Part shown: piece after piece, positions 47,821-56,159 of the stretch
Layout: the number at the start of each line of letters is the position of its first letter
Position numbering within the stretch: position 1 is the first letter of the stretch
DNA from: an uncultured Acidobacteriota bacterium
GTDB lineage: Bacteria > Acidobacteriota > Vicinamibacteria > Marinacidobacterales > DATDRI01
Direction of reading: 5' to 3'
DNA: 64,000 nt
Assembly: GCA_963722765.1 (NCBI GenBank)
Contig: CAVROO010000025.1
Location: 104,378-168,377, forward strand
Translations under genes and position numbers: made by a program
Notes under the pieces: model-generated
What the model was told of the DNA's origin: nothing
The model's database searches: none
The model's input: the letters and a program-made list of their open reading frames with translations, nothing else

Positions 47821-47836
47821 AGCAACCGACGTGCCA
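47821..47836 (-). promoter_or_regulatory. sigma-54 promoter P5 (perfect consensus)
   Basis: Minus strand TGGCACGTCGGTTGCT = TGGCACG-N4-TTGCT, in the 91-nt gap between the polymerase-like and acetyltransferase genes. Confidence 0.75.
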
Positions 47837-47895
47837 ATGTCTAGGCGCCGGGCGGCAAGCGAGGTCTTGTGTGTATCGAGAATCACTGGAATCGC

Positions 47896-49170
47896 TTATA
47901 CCGCTAAGCCCTTTCGTTCCAGGCTGAGTATGTTCTCCCTATCCGGCTGCTCCTTTGACCTCGTTTTTTTCATTCCGTCCGCAACAAACAGGAAGAAGAA
48001 CATCATGATCTGGGTCCGTTGACGATACGCCGCCCCAGCATTGCTCTGAAAGACGCCGTAGGCCAAGGTCAGGCTCGTTGTGAAGATCAAAATGGGCATT
48101 GTCTTCGACAAGCGGTATCTCACGGCTGAGAAAAGTCCCCGGATTAGTGCTGGGACCATTAGATACCATACGAGAACGTCGGGAATCGCCAGAAGCTGCC
48201 GAATACTTCGCGCGGCCCACGGGAAAGGGCTGAAGAGCAGATAGACCACGCCGGTGGGGAGTACTTGTAGGGCACCGGCGGGTGTTGAAACATCGGCATT
48301 GGCGAGGTAGCCGCTTCTATGGTCAGCGAGATCCGACCGCGAGACTTGCAGCTGCGAAAGGCTAAAGTAACGTTGCTGTTGAAGGGCCTCTTTGCCAAGA
48401 GGAGTGAATAGGAGTAGGACTACAATGCCCGCTATTAAGGTGAGATGCGTTAGTAGTCCCATAATGTGTTGACGAAACTGGCCAAACACAAAGCCTAGAA
48501 GGCTTGCCGCCACAACAGCGTAGAAGATATAGAATCGAAGAAAGAGCAACCCGATTGCACTGCCAAGATATAAAAACAAGGAATAGTTGGTAAACGTCTT
48601 TCTTAGTTGCAGGGTCGCGAGCAAATGTACCGCGATACAAAGCATAACCGAGGGATCTTTGTACAGACCAGAAGACCAAAAAATCATCTGAGGAAAAAAA
48701 GCTGTGAAAATCATGGCACGAACAGCAACTTCTTTGTTGTAGATTATGAGCCCCATTTCGAGGACGCAGATTGCGGTCAGTGAGCCAATAATGCCGTTGA
48801 TGAACTGCACAAGAAGTACGTTTCGTCCGAACAGGTAGTAGATGCTAGCGACGAAGTAAATGAATCCTTTGTTGGTTTTGCCCTCCATGGTCGTGGTCCA
48901 CGATTCAAGACTTAGGTTCTGAGACCAGCCCTCCGCGATCGCAGCACCTATGCTGTCGTAGGTTTGCGAGTCGCCCCAAAACATCCGGCTGAAGCCTGGA
49001 TCGCCATGATTCATCCAAAGGTACACCGCGAGAATGTATCGAAGCGAGACCGTGCCCACATAGGCAAAGGCCACGGGTCGGTAGAGTTCGGGATCGTGTC
49101 GTTTCTGCAATACGATCAAAATGATCGCGTTAATGATGGTTGCTACTAAAACGGCAACAGCTATTTCCAC
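47896..49170 (-). CDS. polytopic membrane protein, polysaccharide polymerase-like (Wzy/GT-C-like)
   Basis: 424-aa ORF with ~10-12 hydrophobic segments and a large loop (..LSQLQVSRSDLADHRSGYLANADVSTPAGALQ..). Lower GC than neighbours. Family assignment by context only. Confidence 0.5.
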   Translation of the reverse strand: MEIAVAVLVATIINAIILIVLQKRHDPELYRPVAFAYVGTVSLRYILAVYLWMNHGDPGFSRMFWGDSQTYDSIGAAIAEGWSQNLSLESWTTTMEGKTNKGFIYFVASIYYLFGRNVLLVQFINGIIGSLTAICVLEMGLIIYNKEVAVRAMIFTAFFPQMIFWSSGLYKDPSVMLCIAVHLLATLQLRKTFTNYSLFLYLGSAIGLLFLRFYIFYAVVAASLLGFVFGQFRQHIMGLLTHLTLIAGIVVLLLFTPLGKEALQQQRYFSLSQLQVSRSDLADHRSGYLANADVSTPAGALQVLPTGVVYLLFSPFPWAARSIRQLLAIPDVLVWYLMVPALIRGLFSAVRYRLSKTMPILIFTTSLTLAYGVFQSNAGAAYRQRTQIMMFFFLFVADGMKKTRSKEQPDRENILSLERKGLAV

Positions 49171-49271
49171 GGTGTTGCACCTACGACAAGCGTTCGGTCA
49201 ACGCACTTTTTGTTGATCGCTCCATTCGAGCGTTTCCTAATCAGGTCGCACTTCGAGACTTAGGTATACGT

Positions 49272-49287
49272 TGCAAGAGACGTACCA
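49272..49287 (-). promoter_or_regulatory. sigma-54 promoter P6
   Basis: Minus strand TGGTACGTCTCTTGCA. One mismatch (C4 to T), correct spacing, TTGCA -12. ~90-nt leader to ATG 49170. Confidence 0.6.
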
Positions 49288-49541
49288 CGAGCGGGACTAC
49301 GTTTCGGTCAAGAACTTTTGATACGACATGGACAACTTTGTGGGAATTTCCCTACGCTCGTCAATAAGCAGCGTGTGACATCTCGTTTTGTGACCATATA
49401 ATTGTTCAGTTTCTTGAGCTCTTGTGGGCTCGGCAGCGGCTCGAGACGCGTTGGCAGTGGGAAATTGGGACTCGAGGCTAGGACCGTGGTTTCAAATGCT
49501 TTTGAGTCAGGCGCGGCTCGAGATATGCGGATTTGTTTCGA

Positions 49542-50273
49542 CTATCCGGCTACAAAACTAACCAGATCTCCCCAGTGGACGTCGGGCACGGGAACATACG
49601 GAGAAAAGAAACGTCCGTGTCTCGAGTACAAGCCGTAGACATGGACAAAGGGACTTTGAAAGATGGGGTCCGGTGAAGGGGCCCGGGAGTCGCCCCAGAG
49701 GATATTTCGAGCCCCGAGGATCTGGATCGTAGACACGGAAATCGGATCGAGATTGTGGTCGATGGACAACCACAACCGGTTCGAATCCACGAGCAGCCAT
49801 CCCTTGGACGTACTAACCTCGCTCAAAGCATGCGAAGGAATCCCCGGCACGGCCAGGACCAGCCAAGGTACTCGTAGCCCATCCGCACTATAAACGGATA
49901 CATGTCGAACCTGGAAACCGTTGGAAATGAGTATCTTCTCAATCACCCAGCTTCGGTCGAAACACAAACCGTGTCGCGCTAGGTAGAGGTCCCTGGGCTC
50001 TCTGCTGCTCCCGTAGGGAATTTTCTTGTTCGTAGGGGCTGCGGCGAGAACCGAGCTCTGCACTTCGGCAACAAATTCGATTTGCTCCATATATGAAAGG
50101 CGCTCGAAGGTCTCGCGTTGTGGTTTTCGCTCTGTGATTAGTTCTATATAGTGGCGATCCTCCTCCGTGATACGTCGCTCAACCGCACTCATGAGGTAAA
50201 GGGTCAAACCACCGCTTGGCAAGAAGACCAACAGCATGGAGAGCATTGCGAAACGTCGGCGTCGCTTCTTCAT
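49542..50273 (-). CDS. membrane-anchored transglutaminase-like (BTLCP-like) cysteine peptidase-fold protein
   Basis: Start moved to MKKRRRRFAMLSMLLVF (ATG 50273) because P7 abuts the longer ORF. Candidate Cys-His-Asp: HGLCFDRSWVIEKIL..GF.VRHV, ..PSHALSEVSTSKGWLLVDSN. Confidence 0.5.
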   Translation of the reverse strand: MKKRRRRFAMLSMLLVFLPSGGLTLYLMSAVERRITEEDRHYIELITERKPQRETFERLSYMEQIEFVAEVQSSVLAAAPTNKKIPYGSSREPRDLYLARHGLCFDRSWVIEKILISNGFQVRHVSVYSADGLRVPWLVLAVPGIPSHALSEVSTSKGWLLVDSNRLWLSIDHNLDPISVSTIQILGARNILWGDSRAPSPDPIFQSPFVHVYGLYSRHGRFFSPYVPVPDVHWGDLVSFVAG

Positions 50274-50312
50274 ATTCAGGACTCGCCTTGATCCTTCTGT
50301 GTCTTGATCCAA

Positions 50313-50328
50313 AGCAATTGACGTTCCA
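50313..50328 (-). promoter_or_regulatory. sigma-54 promoter P7
   Basis: Minus strand TGGAACGTCAATTGCT. One mismatch, correct spacing. ~29-nt leader to ATG 50273. Confidence 0.6.
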
Positions 50329-50370
50329 AAACGTCACAATACACGGGATCTATTCTGCTTCCGACAGGCT

Positions 50371-50387
50371 GTGCCATTTATTGGCAC
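50371..50387. promoter_or_regulatory. palindrome GTGCCA-N5-TGGCAC between divergent P7 and P8 (candidate EBP site)
   Basis: gtgccatttattggcac. 6-bp perfect arms. ~45 nt upstream of P7 and ~90 nt upstream of P8. Confidence 0.45.
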
Positions 50388-50473
50388 TCTTGATGTGGGC
50401 AAGTACCTACATAGAAAACAAACGACTGTAGGCAAAAGCCTGCGGAGTAACGATATCGGCCGGATATCGAGGG

Positions 50474-50489
50474 TGGCACCGCTTGTGCA
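50474..50489 (+). promoter_or_regulatory. sigma-54 promoter P8 (plus-strand EPS operon)
   Basis: TGGCACCGCTTGTGCA. TGGCAC -24 element, GG-N10-GC spacing correct, GTGCA at -12. ~23 nt upstream of ATG 50512. Confidence 0.6.
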
Positions 50490-50511
50490 AGTGGGAAAGT
50501 TAGGGTGTTGT

Positions 50512-51525
50512 ATGCAAAAAGGAATAGCCCCGGCCTCTCGCCGATATACGGTTATTGTTCCAGCGCGCAATGAAGAGTCCACGATTGAAGCGTTGTTGGA
50601 TGCTCTGGCGGTCCAGACTGTTCCTCCGGATGAAGTCATCGTTGTAGACACCGGATCGAAAGACGGCACCCGAAAGCGAGCGTTGCTGCAACGAGATCGA
50701 TTTGCCGACCTTCTCGTGGTCGAGGATGAGGGAGCTTTTCCCGGGAAGGCAAGAAATTGTGGGGCTTTATCGGCGCGAAACGAGTGGCTCGTTTTTTTGG
50801 ATTGTGGCTTGAGAATCGAGTCGGACTGCATTGAAAAGCTGTTCCAAGTTGCTCTCGAGAAGGCCGGAGCCTCGGTTTATGGACATGTTGTGCCCGAGAC
50901 GCCGACTTTGTTCACGGAAAGCGCGGCTATTGCATACCTGCCGCCGGTCATTCAAGGAGGTTGGTTCAAGCCTCGTCGCACGGTTCAGATTCTGCTGATG
51001 CGCAAATCATTGTTCGAGTCGTCCGGGGGCTTTCCGGAGGAGCTTCGTTCTGCGGAAGACCTTGTTTTTCTCCGGCACCTCGATCGACTTGGATGGAACG
51101 TCGAGTTTGCTGGCCAAGCCGTTGGGAATTGGCAACTGGCTCCGGATTTCTCGTCAACTTTTCGCCGTTTTCGTACTTACTCACGTTCCAACCTGCAGGC
51201 GGGCCTCGGTCGGGATTGGCAGTTGCGGATCGGTATCTACTACAGCCTGGTTCTGCTGATGTCGTTGGTGCTTTGGGGCACAACGGGGCATCTTCTTCTT
51301 ACCTTGATCCCACCCGCGTTTTTTATCGGCCTTCGTACCGTCAAATCCCAATGGAGACACCGGAAAGATTTACCGGCCGGGATGTTTCGGCACTTGTGGC
51401 GATTTTTTTACGTCTACGCCATTCTCGTCACCCTTGATGTCGCGACGTTCTTCGGTTCGTGGGATTTCATGAGAACGAGGGATCGAACCGGCAATGCCGT
51501 TGATCGCACGCCGAATGAAGCATGA
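50512..51525 (+). CDS. glycosyltransferase family 2 with C-terminal TM segments
   Basis: YTVIVPARNEESTIEALLDAL, VIVVDTGSKDGT, FLDCG.. (DxD-like), SAEDLVFL. C-terminal hydrophobic helices. Confidence 0.85.
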   Translation: MQKGIAPASRRYTVIVPARNEESTIEALLDALAVQTVPPDEVIVVDTGSKDGTRKRALLQRDRFADLLVVEDEGAFPGKARNCGALSARNEWLVFLDCGLRIESDCIEKLFQVALEKAGASVYGHVVPETPTLFTESAAIAYLPPVIQGGWFKPRRTVQILLMRKSLFESSGGFPEELRSAEDLVFLRHLDRLGWNVEFAGQAVGNWQLAPDFSSTFRRFRTYSRSNLQAGLGRDWQLRIGIYYSLVLLMSLVLWGTTGHLLLTLIPPAFFIGLRTVKSQWRHRKDLPAGMFRHLWRFFYVYAILVTLDVATFFGSWDFMRTRDRTGNAVDRTPNEA

Positions 51526-53093
51526 GTATCCATTTTAATAATCGAGTCCAAGGTCACCCGACTCCGACAATGACGACGCGAGTCGCCCGGGGCAGCATAT
51601 GGAGTTTTGGTGGACAGGCCTCGACTATGCTTGCCTCTCTGGTTGCGACGCCTTTCGTAATCCGTTTGCTCGGATCCGAAGCCTATGGAGTATGGGTGTT
51701 GATCAATACAGCAGTCGGCTGCCTAAGTTTTGCTGATCTCGGGATGGGGGTAGCTTCGACTCGATTCGCCTCGGAACGACATGCACTGGATGATGTGGAT
51801 GGTGAAATAGCGGTGATTTGGACGGCTCTCGGCATCGTTTTGATTCCGGCCCTGTTGATAGCACTCGTGCTGGCGTTGTTTTCCGAGGAATTGACCATGC
51901 AGGTGCTGCGAGTCCCGGAGTCGTTGCAGAGCGAAGCACGGATCGCGTTTACCGTTGCGGGGTTGGTTTTCCTTTTCAGAGCGGTTGCCGGAGTTTTGAA
52001 CACACCCCAGCTCGTGAATCTCAGGTTGGACCTGTATACGTACGTTGGTTCTGGAGCCAATCTGATCCAGATCCTCGCAATACCCATAGTGTTGGCCCTG
52101 GGAGGGGGACTGGTTGCGGCCGTTACGGTCATGGTCCTGGTGAGTTTGATCACCATCGTGCTTCATGCGCGCCTGGCCTCTCGACTTCTACCCGGGTCGT
52201 TGCGTCCTAGGTTTCGCTCGGCTCTCTTGAAGCCGCTGCTCCGTTTCGGCGCAGCGATGCTCTTCATCACGTTGGTGGGAGTCATGCTTTTTCATACTGA
52301 AAAAATACTGATAGCTAGACTCACGTCGATGAAAGAGCTTGCGTATTATGCGGTCGCTTTCACATTGGCTCGAATGTTGGCCGTCGTCCCCGGTGCGGTC
52401 TCACAGAGCCTTTTACCGGCTCTCAGTGGTCTTCAAGCCGGGGAGGACCGAGATGCGCTGGCAAACCTATATTCAAGAGTTGTCCGGGGTCTCACTCTGT
52501 GGAGCTTGCCCGCGGTAGCGTTGATATGGCTTCTGTCTCATCCGGTTCTATTGTTGTGGGCGGGACCGGAGTTCGCCCTCGAAAGTCGGCTACCGCTTCG
52601 ATTGCTCCTAGTGGGCACGCTCTTCGATGGAATATCGTACGCTCCCCGCTGCCTGCTGGAGGCGCTCGGAAAACCCAATCTCGTGGCCCGTCTTCAGGCC
52701 GTAGAGCTCGTCCCGTATCTTGCTGCGGCCTTCTTTCTCATCACACGGTACGGAGCGGTCGGCGCCGCCTGCGTCTGGAGCCTTCGAGCCGTCATAGAGG
52801 CTTTATGGGTCTTTAGAGAAGCGAAACGTGTCCCAGGGATTTCCCGGGTTCCGCGTGAGACGAAATCTGGACTTGTTCTAGCTGCGGCAATCGTTGTTGC
52901 CCCGGTCGTGATATCGGAGATTCTTTTTGTACCAACGGATGTGCTCGTCGTTATTGCGATGGGAACCTGCGCGCTCTACAGCGTCATTGTTTGGAAAAAG
53001 GCCATGACGGTTGAGGAGAAGACAGTCATCCTCGCTGCTGCTCGGGCTTCCATTCGGAGAGCCCCTCTCGGTGGTACAGGATTGAGTCTATGA
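51522..53093 (+). CDS. wzx: polysaccharide flippase (Wzx / MOP superfamily)
   Basis: 523 aa, ~12-14 TM. N-terminus ..GSIWSFGGQASTMLASLVATPFVIRLLGSEAYGVWVLINT..FADLGMGVASTRF typical of Wzx proteins. ATGA overlap with GT2. Confidence 0.8.
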   Translation: MSIHFNNRVQGHPTPTMTTRVARGSIWSFGGQASTMLASLVATPFVIRLLGSEAYGVWVLINTAVGCLSFADLGMGVASTRFASERHALDDVDGEIAVIWTALGIVLIPALLIALVLALFSEELTMQVLRVPESLQSEARIAFTVAGLVFLFRAVAGVLNTPQLVNLRLDLYTYVGSGANLIQILAIPIVLALGGGLVAAVTVMVLVSLITIVLHARLASRLLPGSLRPRFRSALLKPLLRFGAAMLFITLVGVMLFHTEKILIARLTSMKELAYYAVAFTLARMLAVVPGAVSQSLLPALSGLQAGEDRDALANLYSRVVRGLTLWSLPAVALIWLLSHPVLLLWAGPEFALESRLPLRLLLVGTLFDGISYAPRCLLEALGKPNLVARLQAVELVPYLAAAFFLITRYGAVGAACVWSLRAVIEALWVFREAKRVPGISRVPRETKSGLVLAAAIVVAPVVISEILFVPTDVLVVIAMGTCALYSVIVWKKAMTVEEKTVILAAARASIRRAPLGGTGLSL

Positions 53094-53833
53094 GACCGTT
53101 GTGCCTCAATATGAGCTCTCTCCTTCGGCGAGCTACGAGTGCAATCAAGTATTGGAGCGGTCTTCGTGTAGCGTCGCCCGAGCTCGAGTCGGGGGCGGAC
53201 GAGGGTGTTACGACTTTCTACAGTCGTCGCGTCACCGACTGTCGCTTCCTGTCCGATCCCGGGAACTATGAGCATCCGCGGGCGGATTGGATACTCGACA
53301 AAGTCAATGGGGGGCGGCTAATTGAAATCGGATGCGGAAACGGTGGGATGACACGACTGCTCGCATCTCGGTCAGATCAAGTGCTGGCGCTGGACATCTC
53401 GGCTGTATCTCTCAAAGAAGTCGAAGATCTGGAACTGACCAACGTCACAACCGTCCATGCCCTGGTAGAGCACTACGAGCCCGGACAGTTTTTCGACTGG
53501 ATCGTTCTGTCCGAGGTGCTGGAGCACCTGCGTCAGCCGCAAAAGGTTGTGAGGCGCTGTTTGTCGTGGCTCCTTCCTGGAGGAAGCCTCCTTGTTACGA
53601 CACCAAACGGTCATTGGGAATCTGACGAGCATCTGCAGGAGTTCAACATCGAGAGCTTTGCGAAGCTCATGGTGGGAAGTGGTGCGGAGATGGTGACCTT
53701 GGGTTTTCTTCGCGATCGGGATAACCGGCGGAGGTGGCTTGTGGCCGAATTGACGGCGCCGACCCACGAGGCGAGCGAGGACCAATTCCACCACCGGCTT
53801 GCCACAGCACGTAAGCGACGACAACGGGTTTGA
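53090..53833 (+). CDS. class I SAM-dependent methyltransferase
   Basis: Motif I LIEIGCGNGGMT, LALDIS, post-I/II ..IVLSEVLEHL.., LLPGGSLLVTTPN. Confidence 0.8.
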   Translation: MRPLCLNMSSLLRRATSAIKYWSGLRVASPELESGADEGVTTFYSRRVTDCRFLSDPGNYEHPRADWILDKVNGGRLIEIGCGNGGMTRLLASRSDQVLALDISAVSLKEVEDLELTNVTTVHALVEHYEPGQFFDWIVLSEVLEHLRQPQKVVRRCLSWLLPGGSLLVTTPNGHWESDEHLQEFNIESFAKLMVGSGAEMVTLGFLRDRDNRRRWLVAELTAPTHEASEDQFHHRLATARKRRQRV

Positions 53834-53834
53834 A

Positions 53835-54968
53835 GTGAGTCTTGTCAGCCGGATTTACAGAACTCAACACCTCGTTCGCCAATGGATGGCCGCGCGCTCT
53901 TATGTCCGGTCCAATGAGTCAGCTAGATCGCATTGCCCGTCGAGCGTGGGCGAACCCGAGCACGTCCTTCTGGTCATAGCAGGCCTTATCGGCGATACGG
54001 TAATGAGCACACCCGTCGTTGTGGAATTGCGGCGGCTTTATCCCGACGCACATGTGACAGTGCTGGGCCGATCTCGTAACGCCGAGCTCCTTTCTGCCTG
54101 TCCCTACGTCGATGCCTTCGAGACGATCGAGGTGGATCCTTTCGCGCTTTGGAAAAGGAAGGATCTCGAAAAGGTACGCCGCTGGCTTGTGGACGAGACC
54201 TTTGATTGGGGCATCATTGTACTCGGAGATCAGTTCGCTCGGCTCCTAGCGGATGCAAACATACCGATCCGGGTGGGCGTTGCGGGTACTCCTCTCGAGC
54301 CATGCTTGACCCATAGTTACGACATCGGGAGTGCCCGCTCTTGGGGACCGCCGGAACGACTCCGCGCTCTAGCTTGCCTCGGACTTCCGGTTCGGAACGT
54401 CTCGCCTCAGCTATGGGTGTCCGATGATTCGCGCAGGCTCGCGGCGCGGAAGCTTGCCACGGTCGGACTTGACGCCGAGGAGCGCTACATTGTTGTTCAC
54501 CCTTACGGCAGCACCCGGCGACAATGGTGGCCGGTAGAGCGGATCGGAGCGCTGGTCGGAGCCTTTCGAGAGGAAACCGGGTTGAGAACCGTTCTTCTCG
54601 GGGGGGTGGAAACGGTCGGGCAGCCCTCTGGACCGTCGGGGTCGAGTTGTCTCGATGCGAGAGGAATTCTAACGCTCTCGGAACTGGCAGCAGTTCTCGA
54701 TCGAGCGGATCTAGTGATTAGTACAGATAGCGGTCCTTTTCACATTGCGGGTGCGCTCCAGCGTCCACTTGTGGGACTCTTTCGGTCGAGCCGACCCGAA
54801 CACGGCGTTCTGTATCCGACGTCAAGGGTGTTGCTCGGCCAGGATGATGAGTGCTGCGGAACCTGTCGATGGGATCACTGTGAACGGATTCCCTGTCAAC
54901 AAATGCAGTGGATCACTGTGACAGAAATTTTGGAATCCGCGGTTCGAAGTATAAGGACCCAGCAATGA
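53835..54968 (+). CDS. glycosyltransferase family 9 (heptosyltransferase-like)
   Basis: ..LLVIAGLIGDTVMSTPVVVELRRLYPDAHVTVLG.., ..LSELAAVLDRADLVISTDSGPFHIAGAL... Start uncertain (GTG 53835 directly after the MT stop, or ATG 53886). Confidence 0.75.
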   Translation: MSLVSRIYRTQHLVRQWMAARSYVRSNESARSHCPSSVGEPEHVLLVIAGLIGDTVMSTPVVVELRRLYPDAHVTVLGRSRNAELLSACPYVDAFETIEVDPFALWKRKDLEKVRRWLVDETFDWGIIVLGDQFARLLADANIPIRVGVAGTPLEPCLTHSYDIGSARSWGPPERLRALACLGLPVRNVSPQLWVSDDSRRLAARKLATVGLDAEERYIVVHPYGSTRRQWWPVERIGALVGAFREETGLRTVLLGGVETVGQPSGPSGSSCLDARGILTLSELAAVLDRADLVISTDSGPFHIAGALQRPLVGLFRSSRPEHGVLYPTSRVLLGQDDECCGTCRWDHCERIPCQQMQWITVTEILESAVRSIRTQQ

Positions 54969-54978
54969 GACCGAGACG

Positions 54979-56149
54979 ATGATCCGAGTCCTGCACTTTG
55001 CCAGTGTCATCAATGGTGGTGACTTCATCGATCACGCATTGACTCGTCTAGACCGCTCGCGATTCGAAGTCTCGGCCCTGACAGCACAGGCCGAGACTCG
55101 AGCGACCTCGAATCTCATCCAACGGAACTATCCGAACAAGGTTCTCGACTTCGCGTTCACAAAACGGAACTATCCACGGATGATGGTCGCTTTGTTACGT
55201 GAGATGCGAAGGACGAAACCGCAAATTGTTCATGCTCACCATTTCGACGAGATGCTCGTGGCGTCCCTGGCACGTCTGATCGTCCCGGTGGCGTGTCTGG
55301 TGCTCGGTCACCACTACTCGGATCATATTTATTGGCTCACGACAGGTTGGAAGCGCCGGGCGCTCCTTGGGATCGAGGCTTTCTGCAATCGATCGGCGGA
55401 TCAAATCATGGTCCCTTCTCACGAAGTCATGAGGCTTCTGGTAGACAAACAGGCGGTTCCGAAGGAAAAGGTCGTGGTCGTACCCTATGGCTTCGAGCTC
55501 GAGACCTTGACCCCCTCTTCATGGGAGGCTCCGGAACGAATTCGGGCAGAGTACGGTTTAAAAGGTAAGTATGTAGCACTAGTCTGCTGCCGGCTCAATT
55601 ACGAGAAAGGTCTGCAGTATCTCGTCCGGGCCCTGCCCCAAGTTCGAGATAAATGTCCGACTTTTCGACTCGTCATCGTTGGAAGAGGGCCTTACGAGTC
55701 GAACCTTGCGCGAGATGTGTGCTGACCTGGGTGTGAACGACGTCGTGACCTTCGTAGGTTGGCAGGCCCATCCCATGGATTGGATGTCGGCCTCCGATGT
55801 CGTAGTCCAGCCCTCTGTTTGCGAGTCTTTCTGTCAAGTACTGGTAGAAGCCCTGGCGATGAAAAAACCGGTCATCATGACTCCGGTAGGTGCAGCGCCT
55901 GAAGTGATTGGAGACAATGAACGGGGCCTGCTCGTGCCGATCGGGGATGTGGCCGCTTTGGCGCACGCGCTGGAAGAGCTTGCCCACGATCAAGCGCGAG
56001 GGTGTCGTCTAGGGGAACTGGGACGAGAGTACGTTAGGCGTCACTTGATGGCCGACCAAATGGCGCATCGCTACCAGGAGGTTTACGTCAACGCTTTGCG
56101 ACGCATCGGGATTGCGCGTCCTCGCGCTTGTTCCGTGCCGCGGGATTGA
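54979..56149 (+). CDS. glycosyltransferase family 4 (frame change ~55708 as assembled)
   Basis: ORFs 54979..55725 and 55679..56149 join at ..FRLVIVGRGPYES / LREMCADLGVNDVVTFVGW... C-terminal ..QPSVCESFCQVLVEALAMKKPVIMTPVGAAPEVI (E-x7-E). Confidence 0.8.
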
Positions 56150-56159
56150 GTAGGGGTCT

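Noticed and set aside
49770-49790. A tRNA T-arm-like GGTTCGAATCC word.
   Set aside because: It lies inside the coding frame of the transglutaminase-like gene. The flanks do not pair as a T-stem (ccggttcgaatccac), and there is no acceptor or anticodon structure. No tRNA was recognised anywhere in the window.
28825-50273. A lasso-peptide-type RiPP cluster (asparagine synthase homolog + transglutaminase-like protease + NTP_transf_5).
   Set aside because: The three genes are spread over 20 kb in different operons. The AsnB homolog keeps the N-terminal MCGI glutaminase nucleophile and sits among glycosyltransferases. I could not find a PqqD-like gene or a precursor peptide ORF.
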